Made by a program: the position numbers and the translations under genes. From IMG/VR virus record IMGVR_UViG_3300010938_000034: a stretch of 64,000 nt of DNA; one strand, given 5' to 3'. The notes below the pieces were generated by a model, which saw nothing but the letters and a program-made list of their open reading frames with translations, did no database searches and was not told the DNA's origin. Positions 57,510-64,000 of this stretch are shown here, piece after piece. Numbering within the stretch: the first letter of the stretch is position 1; each line of letters begins with the position of its first letter. This DNA is from an uncultured virus (IMG/VR IMGVR_UViG_3300010938_000034). Lineage: Duplodnaviria > Heunggongvirae > Uroviricota > Caudoviricetes.

Positions 57510-58526
57510 ATGTTTTTAGGTAATATACCGCAGCAAAATTTAGGACAATTTTCATTACCAAAAGAACCTGTTGATTTGAGTATTTCAGTAGCTAAATTAG
57601 GTGTTACAGCAGGTCAGATAGGAGCACAATATGCAGGTGGAGTTGCTTTAGGGTTAACAACTACGGCTTGGATGGGAATAGGAGTTGCACTTGCTGCTTT
57701 AGGAGCTATATATGGAATTGTTAAAGCAAAATGGAAAAAGGAAAGAGCAAAAGAAAAAGCAAGAATGGCCTTTTATAGGGCTATAAATCAAATAGGAATT
57801 GAATTAATAGACAAGGTTTATGGAATGAAGATTCCTGGATGGAAGTTTCCTGAAGTTTTAGAAGATCCAAGTAATGAGTATTACCAATTAGGTCTTTTAT
57901 ATTATAATTGGTCAAAAACTGACCGTAAAAATAGTTATGAAATAGCAAGTTGGATTAAATCAAAAGGACTTGAGCCAGCAAGATTTATAGGAGCTGATAA
58001 TGTTCCAGAAGGTTTGTCTTTAGATTACGATGTTGATTATATTGCTGATCCTGAAAAATACTTAATTGGAAAAGAAGCTCTTGAAGCTATGGGATATGAT
58101 AAGTCTCAATTTGTTAATTTACCTGTTCAGTATTTTGTAAGACTTATTGATATAATACTTGAAATTCCTCATGCTTTTATGGAACTTCAAGCACAAATGA
58201 TAAAGGCAGATTTAGAATATCACTTAAGAGAAGGAGGATTTGATCCTAAAGTAATTTTTGATAAAGTTATGCCTTCTGAAACTATACCTCCTACAATGTA
58301 TGAAATTACTGTATCTCCTGAAACAAAGCAAGTGGTAATACCAAAAGAAGCTATTTCTTTAGAACCTGTTAAGCCAGAAGAAGTGATTCCGACTGGAAAA
58401 GAAGTTAAACCTTTGGAAGAAAAAGGAGAGACTATTCAAATTGCAGGTCTATCGGTTAATAAAAGTTTGTTAATTTTATTAGGAGTAGGTTTATTAATTG
58501 CTATGCTAAAAAAGAAGGAGTTATAG
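57510..58526 (+). CDS. Membrane virion protein
   Basis: G/A-rich hydrophobic N-region; IAG + TM + KKK C-terminus. Confidence 0.7.
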   Translation: MFLGNIPQQNLGQFSLPKEPVDLSISVAKLGVTAGQIGAQYAGGVALGLTTTAWMGIGVALAALGAIYGIVKAKWKKERAKEKARMAFYRAINQIGIELIDKVYGMKIPGWKFPEVLEDPSNEYYQLGLLYYNWSKTDRKNSYEIASWIKSKGLEPARFIGADNVPEGLSLDYDVDYIADPEKYLIGKEALEAMGYDKSQFVNLPVQYFVRLIDIILEIPHAFMELQAQMIKADLEYHLREGGFDPKVIFDKVMPSETIPPTMYEITVSPETKQVVIPKEAISLEPVKPEEVIPTGKEVKPLEEKGETIQIAGLSVNKSLLILLGVGLLIAMLKKKEL

Positions 58527-58527
58527 C

Positions 58528-58881
58528 ATGTTTTATGGTTTTTGGGATATAGCATTACCTGTTTTAAATACTGCTATTTCAACAGGAGGTCAAGTATATA
58601 GTGCTGTTATAAATAAGGAAGCTGCAAAAACTGTTGCGGAAATACAAGCTCAAACTGCTCAGGCTCAGTTAGCCACACAGGAGAGATTAGCTCAATTACA
58701 ACTTGAAGCTTTAAAATCTTCAAATCTTAATACAGCAAGCTCTTCTGCTTATAGACCTACAACAGAATATGTTCCAGAACCAACTGTTGCTGGACTGGTA
58801 ACTGGGCAGGTTGGAGGATTTCCAGTGATTTATTTATTGTTAGGAGGATTATTATTATTTTTATTAATTAAAAAGGACTAA
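58528..58881 (+). CDS. Tail-anchored membrane protein
   Basis: MFYGF start; C-terminal TM + KK. Confidence 0.75.
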   Translation: MFYGFWDIALPVLNTAISTGGQVYSAVINKEAAKTVAEIQAQTAQAQLATQERLAQLQLEALKSSNLNTASSSAYRPTTEYVPEPTVAGLVTGQVGGFPVIYLLLGGLLLFLLIKKD

Positions 58882-58897
58882 ATTAAAGGAGGTTAAA

Positions 58898-59977
58898 ATG
58901 AGGACATTTGGTAGAATTCCTTCATTAAGAGAATTAAGAATGGCACTATCGGGTTTTGGCATACAAGAAGCACCTGTTTTAACTCAATCTTATATACCAC
59001 CTGGAGCTATGTATGCAAGTTTTCCTGGATTTGAGGGCAAATGGAATGTATATGCAATGAATAGACCAATTGGAACAATGGAATTCTGGAGTGAAGGAGG
59101 TCAGTTAAAAGGAAAGTTTTCTTTTGCATCTGATCCATTATTAGATATTATAAGTTCTTATGTATTAAGTTGGAGAAAAATCCCTATTCCTTCATTTGAA
59201 AGTGAAATTCCAATGTCTAATCTTAATGTTGATTTTAATGCAAATAAAATAACTTTTAGATTATTAGGAAGACCATATCGTATGGATCAAAATGAAATTT
59301 GGGGATTATTCTTAGGAGAAGCTTCTATAGCTGCTAATCAAATAATAGGTAGTTTAACCTTATATGGAATTCTTACTGGATCTGCTTCTCCTAGAGCTGA
59401 AGAACCATATGTAACAGAAAATCCAGGAGAGCCTAGATACCGTGCATATAAAAATTTATTATTTACTGTGATTGCACCTGAATTTACTAATAGTCCTTTT
59501 TTAATACAACATTTTGTAGGTGGATATGACCTTGAGTATCAAGTGCTTTTGGGAGCATATCAATATTACATTATTAATTTTAATGCAATAAAAGAAATGG
59601 CTCCAGCTTTTACTCCAGCTTTAGTGGTTGTAAGGTCTCCTACACCTGGAGTAACAATGGAAGTTACAGTTCCTGTAGTAACTTTGCCTGAAAAAACTGA
59701 AGAGGTAAAACAAGAATTACCCACTCCCGAACCTACTCCACAGCCTACAAGCGTAAATCCTCAACCAACAGTTGCAGAAACAGTTCCTGAAGAACCCATT
59801 GTAGAAATAAAACCAAAAGAAGAATTGGTTTCACCACCTCCAACTCCATTAGCAGCTGGATTTCCTAAGTGGGCTTGGTTACTGCTTTTAGGTATAGGGG
59901 CTTTTATTCTTTTTAAACCTAAAAAAGCTCAAGAAATTTTAAAGGTAAAGCCTAAAAGAAGAAAAAAGGAGGTTTAA
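58898..59977 (+). CDS. Tail-anchored protein with Pro-rich linker
   Basis: LSGFG; AAGFPKWAWLLLLGIG + basic tail. Confidence 0.75.
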   Translation: MRTFGRIPSLRELRMALSGFGIQEAPVLTQSYIPPGAMYASFPGFEGKWNVYAMNRPIGTMEFWSEGGQLKGKFSFASDPLLDIISSYVLSWRKIPIPSFESEIPMSNLNVDFNANKITFRLLGRPYRMDQNEIWGLFLGEASIAANQIIGSLTLYGILTGSASPRAEEPYVTENPGEPRYRAYKNLLFTVIAPEFTNSPFLIQHFVGGYDLEYQVLLGAYQYYIINFNAIKEMAPAFTPALVVVRSPTPGVTMEVTVPVVTLPEKTEEVKQELPTPEPTPQPTSVNPQPTVAETVPEEPIVEIKPKEELVSPPPTPLAAGFPKWAWLLLLGIGAFILFKPKKAQEILKVKPKRRKKEV

Positions 59978-59980
59978 TAT

Positions 59981-60199
59981 ATGTTTTATGGATTTGGACA
60001 AACTGCTCAACAGGAATTAGAAGAAATTTTAAAAGCTTCTTGTCCTCCAAAAGAAGAGGAAAAAGCTTCTATATGGGAAGCTAAGCTTGCTGGATTTCCA
60101 GTGCTTTTATGGATTCTACTTGGAGGGGCTTTTTTGTATTTCTTAAGTAAAAAAGAACCAATTGAAATGAAGGAGGTGTCCGAAAGTGTTTCAAGATAA
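59981..60199 (+). CDS. Tail-anchored membrane protein
   Basis: MFYGFGQ; KLAGFPVLLW. Confidence 0.7.
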   Translation: MFYGFGQTAQQELEEILKASCPPKEEEKASIWEAKLAGFPVLLWILLGGAFLYFLSKKEPIEMKEVSESVSR

Positions 60200-60827
60200 T
60201 AAAGAAGTTAAAGATTTTTATGTTCCAGGTGAAACTTATATTCTTGATGATTCTTCTGTTGTTTTTGAGGAAATGCCAGAAGAATATTTAATGAGCAAAA
60301 AATTACTACCTGAATGGGCATATGCTGAATGGAATTTACCTAAAGCAGTAAATGGAGAAATAGGAGATGGAGCTGAAATAAGTCCATATAGACCATGGAG
60401 AAGAAGAGCCAAACAAGTAATATTTGAAAAATTAAAAATGATGCCTGAACAATCTCAGATTTATTTAAAACCAGGAGAATCGGAAGAGGTTTCAGAAATG
60501 CCTCAACCTCCTACTACTTTTCTTGATGGAGTTCCAAATTTTGAAGAGGTTCCTCAATTCTTAGGAAATTTCTCATTTGGTCAAGTATCATCCGAAAGAG
60601 GAATTTGGGGAGAATTAGTATCTGCTTTAACAACTGCTGGAATGCAAATTCTTGAAGCTGAAAAGAAAAAATATGAAGCAGAAATAGAAGCTTATAAAAA
60701 GACTGTAACTCCAACACAAGCTCCCAAAGCAGCAGGAGAAACTACAATGAGCAAAATTTTACCTTTTGCTCTAATTGGGGGTATTTTATATTTAGTTTTG
60801 AAATCCCAAAAGAAGACAAAAAGATGA
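60186..60827 (+). CDS. Tail-anchored membrane protein
   Basis: Internal FSFGQ; KAAG + TM + basic tail. Confidence 0.7.
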   Translation: MFQDNKEVKDFYVPGETYILDDSSVVFEEMPEEYLMSKKLLPEWAYAEWNLPKAVNGEIGDGAEISPYRPWRRRAKQVIFEKLKMMPEQSQIYLKPGESEEVSEMPQPPTTFLDGVPNFEEVPQFLGNFSFGQVSSERGIWGELVSALTTAGMQILEAEKKKYEAEIEAYKKTVTPTQAPKAAGETTMSKILPFALIGGILYLVLKSQKKTKR

Positions 60828-61039
60828 AAAAACTGGTTTATAAAAGATTTAGGCCAAAACCTTTAATCCCTTTTGAGGATATTAATAAAGTTTTCTGGAA
60901 TATAAGAGATATAGCTGATACTTATTTAAATATAAGATATCCCGAAGTGCCTGATCCTGATTTATTCATTGCAGAAATAGAAGATCAAATAGATAAATAC
61001 TATACTATATATAGAAAGGAGGAAGACCTATATGAATAA
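60824..61039 (+). CDS. Hypothetical protein
   Basis: ATGA coupling. Confidence 0.55.
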   Translation: MKKLVYKRFRPKPLIPFEDINKVFWNIRDIADTYLNIRYPEVPDPDLFIAEIEDQIDKYYTIYRKEEDLYE

Positions 61040-61307
61040 CCAATTTAGTCAAGACTGGATGGAGTTTTATTATGATGAGAATTGGGGAGTTCCAGATTAT
61101 CCATTCTCAATCAAAGAATTCCAAGCTCCAACTGCTCAGGAAGCTCAACCGACTGTTGCTCAGCCTTTACCAGCAGAAGCACAAGTTCCAGCTGTTAGTC
61201 AAGCTCCAGCTGAACTTAAAGCTTCTATTTTGGAGAAAATACCTACTTGGGGATGGATTGCCATTGGAATAGGGGCATTTTTATTTTTTACAAGAAAAAA
61301 AAGATAA
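61032..61307 (+). CDS. Tail-anchored membrane protein
   Basis: P/A/Q linker, IPTWGWIAIGIG + RKKR. Confidence 0.7.
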   Translation: MNNQFSQDWMEFYYDENWGVPDYPFSIKEFQAPTAQEAQPTVAQPLPAEAQVPAVSQAPAELKASILEKIPTWGWIAIGIGAFLFFTRKKR

Positions 61308-61340
61308 TTTAATCTAAAGTTTTTTAAGGAGGTGATATAG

Positions 61341-61742
61341 ATGTTTTATGGATTAGGCCAGTATGAAGAATATTCACCTGATATGTGGAAAGGTTCTATA
61401 TATGACTTAAGTTCTGTATCTACAGGAGCTCAAAGCTCTTCATCTCAAGCTCTTCCTGTTTTACAAAGTTTAATTAGTTCAGCAGGAGTTGTTTTGGGAA
61501 AATATTTTGAATTATCAGCGGTAAAGGAACAGGCCGAAGCTGCTAAAACTCAAGCAGAAATTTTGGCTAAATTAAGAACTCCAACTACGACTACAGCAAT
61601 TCAACCAGCAGCAATAACTCCAACAACAAAGATAGCTGGGGTTGAATGGCCTATACTAGCTATAATTGGGTTTGGGATTTTTGTAGTGCTTAGAGGCAGA
61701 GAAAGAAAGGAATCTGTAAGAAGAAAAAGAAGGAAAAAATAA
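61341..61742 (+). CDS. Tail-anchored membrane protein (paralog of 58528)
   Basis: MFYGLGQ; ALPVL; KIAG + TM + basic tail. Confidence 0.75.
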   Translation: MFYGLGQYEEYSPDMWKGSIYDLSSVSTGAQSSSSQALPVLQSLISSAGVVLGKYFELSAVKEQAEAAKTQAEILAKLRTPTTTTAIQPAAITPTTKIAGVEWPILAIIGFGIFVVLRGRERKESVRRKRRKK

Positions 61743-62056
61743 TGAATACAACACTAATTATTCTAAGTGTTGCAGGATGGATACTGTTAGGTATAATAAT
61801 TCCTGTTTTTAGGTATATAATTAAAAAATTATATGAAGAAATTGACTCTTTAAAAAATTGGAAGAATTCTATGGAGGAAGAAATAATGATAAAAACAGAG
61901 CATAATCAATTATGTAATCAAATACAAAAAGAAAATATTCAATTAATTTTTAATAAAATTGAACATATGATGAAAATACATAAAGAGTGGTTAGAAGAAC
62001 GTTTGGGTAGATTAGAATCTGATATGAAATTATATGTTCAAAAGCAAAAGGAGTAA
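61742..62056 (+). CDS. Membrane protein with coiled coil
   Basis: N-terminal TM. Confidence 0.65.
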   Translation: MNTTLIILSVAGWILLGIIIPVFRYIIKKLYEEIDSLKNWKNSMEEEIMIKTEHNQLCNQIQKENIQLIFNKIEHMMKIHKEWLEERLGRLESDMKLYVQKQKE

Positions 62057-62059
62057 ATC

Positions 62060-62284
62060 ATGCAAATTAAAAAAGAGGATGATATTATTGAAATGGAGAA
62101 GGATGATAATGGAACTTATCATCCTATAACTCCATATAGGAGACCAAAAATAGAAGTCCATATGCATAATGAGATAAAGACACCACCTGTATATCAATTT
62201 TTTGAAGGTTTCATAATCGGATTAGAAGCAATTGAAAGATTCTTAAGAGTAAGTCAGAGAATTACAAAGGATTGGTTTAAATAA
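62060..62284 (+). CDS. Hypothetical protein
   Basis: AGGAG RBS. Confidence 0.6.
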   Translation: MQIKKEDDIIEMEKDDNGTYHPITPYRRPKIEVHMHNEIKTPPVYQFFEGFIIGLEAIERFLRVSQRITKDWFK

Positions 62285-62868
62285 TGACTGAATGGGCTGA
62301 TAAAAATAAAATATTTATTTCTTTACCAACTGAACAAATATTAGCTATTACTGCATATGGAGAAGCACGTTCAGAAGGTGGAGAAGGAATGATGGCTGTT
62401 CTCAATGTAATTAAAAATAGAACTAAAGATTTAAATAGATTTGCAGATAGTGAGATATTAAGTTTAACTGGAAGCCCTTATCATGCTGTTATTCTAAAAC
62501 CTTATCAATTTTCGATGTATAATCCTGGAACTTATTCAAGAGAAATAGCTGAAGATTTAGCAAATAATTTTTATGTAAAGCTTTTAAGTGATAATGAACT
62601 TCAAATTGCTTATAAATTAAGTGTTATGCTTTTAACAGGAGATTTAGTAGACAATACAGGAGGAGCAGACCATTACCATTCGGTTACTGTTAAACCTTCA
62701 TGGTCAAGCGAATTTCAAAAAACTGCACAAATCGGGAACCATATATTTTATGCTTCGGTTCCAGGATTAGGAGTTACACTTGCAGGTTTAACTGAAAGTC
62801 CTATTTCTTTGGTTTTATGGTTAGGTTTAATAGTTGGAATTACATATAGATATCTAAAGAAAAAATAA
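62284..62868 (+). CDS. SleB/Hydrolase_2-type cell wall hydrolase with C-terminal TM
   Basis: TAYGEARSE..EGM.AV..VI.NR, YQFS, TGGADHYH, IGNHIFY. Confidence 0.9.
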   Translation: MTEWADKNKIFISLPTEQILAITAYGEARSEGGEGMMAVLNVIKNRTKDLNRFADSEILSLTGSPYHAVILKPYQFSMYNPGTYSREIAEDLANNFYVKLLSDNELQIAYKLSVMLLTGDLVDNTGGADHYHSVTVKPSWSSEFQKTAQIGNHIFYASVPGLGVTLAGLTESPISLVLWLGLIVGITYRYLKKK

Positions 62869-62883
62869 AAGGAGGTTATAATT

Positions 62884-63069
62884 ATGGGAAAATTAATATT
62901 AGGCTTTGTTTTAGGATTTATCTTATCAGATGCTATTACAAATAAGTATCCTAAAGCACAGCAATTCAAAATTTCTCCTAAAACTTTGGAAAATCTTTTT
63001 CCTCCTATCGAAACAAAACAGCAAGTAAAAGGGTTTGAAAATGTCCCAAGATTATTAGTAAATTTTTAA
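62884..63069 (+). CDS. Small membrane protein
   Basis: AGGAGG RBS, N-terminal hydrophobic stretch. Confidence 0.6.
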   Translation: MGKLILGFVLGFILSDAITNKYPKAQQFKISPKTLENLFPPIETKQQVKGFENVPRLLVNF

Positions 63070-63082
63070 GGAGGTGATAATT

Positions 63083-63535
63083 ATGTTTTTTGGAGCTGTT
63101 CCTCTTTTAATGAAAGGATCTAAAGGTGAAGCAGTTAGACAGTTGCAAGAAAATTTAATTGCATTAGGATTTCAATTACCAAAATATGGAGCAGATGGAA
63201 TATTTGGAGATGAAACAGAAAAAGCAGTTAAAGATTTTCAATACACATGGGGACTTACTGTTGATGGAATTGCAGGCCCCGAAACAATGGCGGCAATGGA
63301 TCAGGCATTAAACCTATTAGCTGAAGGATTATGGAATCCATCCCTAGAACCATTACAGTATGTTCCTAGTGTAACTCCAACAGTTACTCCTTCAGCCATT
63401 CCAGCACAATTACCCAGTATTGTTCAAGCTATACCTCAAAAAATAGCTGGAATTGATAAAAAATGGTTTATAATTGGTGGAGCTGCTGTAGTAGGAGTAA
63501 TGCTTTTATTTAAGCCCAAAAAGAAAAGACAATAA
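63083..63535 (+). CDS. Peptidoglycan-binding domain protein with C-terminal TM
   Basis: GSKGEAVRQLQ..L, ADGIFG.ET..AV..FQ, VDGIAGPET; KIAG + TM + KKR. Confidence 0.9.
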   Translation: MFFGAVPLLMKGSKGEAVRQLQENLIALGFQLPKYGADGIFGDETEKAVKDFQYTWGLTVDGIAGPETMAAMDQALNLLAEGLWNPSLEPLQYVPSVTPTVTPSAIPAQLPSIVQAIPQKIAGIDKKWFIIGGAAVVGVMLLFKPKKKRQ

Positions 63536-63544
63536 GGAGGTTTT

Positions 63545-63898
63545 ATGAAAAAAATAAAATTTTTAATAATTATTGCTTCTATGTTTTTTATTCCTTCTGT
63601 ATTGATGGCTTCTCCTTTTCTTGTATGTGATCCCTATCCACAGGGGCAAATACAACCTGATTATTTTGTATTGAATATTGATGGTAAAGATGTAATTTCA
63701 CAAGCTATAATAAATCCAGATAATTCAAAACAGTTGAAATATGATATAGGATGGGTTTCCCCAGGGTCTCATAGTTTAACTGTTAAGGCTTGTATAGGGA
63801 ATAACAGTCCGTGGGATTTATGTAGTGAAGCAGTCCCTTTCGATTTTACAAGACCTTTCCTGGCTGCTCCCCCATCAGGTTTAAAACTTATTAGATAG
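63545..63898 (+). CDS. Secreted Fn3-like small protein
   Basis: Signal peptide; PFLVCDP..G.H..TVKAC. Confidence 0.65.
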   Translation: MKKIKFLIIIASMFFIPSVLMASPFLVCDPYPQGQIQPDYFVLNIDGKDVISQAIINPDNSKQLKYDIGWVSPGSHSLTVKACIGNNSPWDLCSEAVPFDFTRPFLAAPPSGLKLIR

Positions 63899-64000
63899 AT
63901 ATGATAAATTTAATTAAGTATCCACCAAAATTTTATGTTCTTTACTCTAATAAAGGATATGAGCTGAGATTACTTATAAGGCCAGATGGAAGGATGTATA

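Noticed and set aside
2244..62969. Numerous antisense or out-of-frame ORFs in the track (e.g. 5647-6018, 13434-13787, 20849-21331, 45503-45889)
   Set aside because: They overlap well-supported genes and lack RBSs and motifs.
1..64000. Reverse transcriptase systems (DGR, retron), tRNA genes, alternative genetic code
   Set aside because: No RT motifs, TR/VR pair or cloverleaf seen; genes are intact and densely packed under the standard code.

Overview
The whole window is viral (no host housekeeping genes, tRNAs, integrase or CRISPR seen). It holds two apparently unrelated virion-building modules on either side of one lambdoid-style replication/recombination/regulation block. Module A (~1840-27894, +) is a P22/podovirus-like tailed phage: tail-fibre-like genes, portal, holin and GH24 lysozyme, scaffold, HK97-type major capsid, adaptor/nozzle, ejection proteins and large terminase. 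The central block (27841-36425) has a degenerate UvrD-like protein, a PD-(D/E)xK nuclease, a putative annealing protein, a Cro-like HTH, an O-like initiator with six internal iterons, an Hjc-like resolvase and an excisionase-like HTH. Module B (38196-63898, +, running off the window end) looks like a tail-less, membrane-containing jelly-roll virus. It encodes a transglutaminase/papain-fold enzyme, an Arg-rich membrane protein, a putative capsid gene split by a group I intron that the ORF track misses (splice 48216/49327), and a tandem-duplicated beta-sandwich capsid-like protein. It also has penton/spike-like proteins, peptidoglycan enzymes, and about a dozen proteins sharing an N-terminal (F/L)G(Q) motif and/or a C-terminal AG-TM-basic anchor. 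Both modules are preceded by the same divergent cassette: a near-identical sigma54 promoter with IHF-like and enhancer-like sites, plus a ~120-nt structured repeat. This suggests one element with two virion types, or a cointegrate/assembly join at that repeat. Protein family calls come from motif recognition by eye, not database searches.
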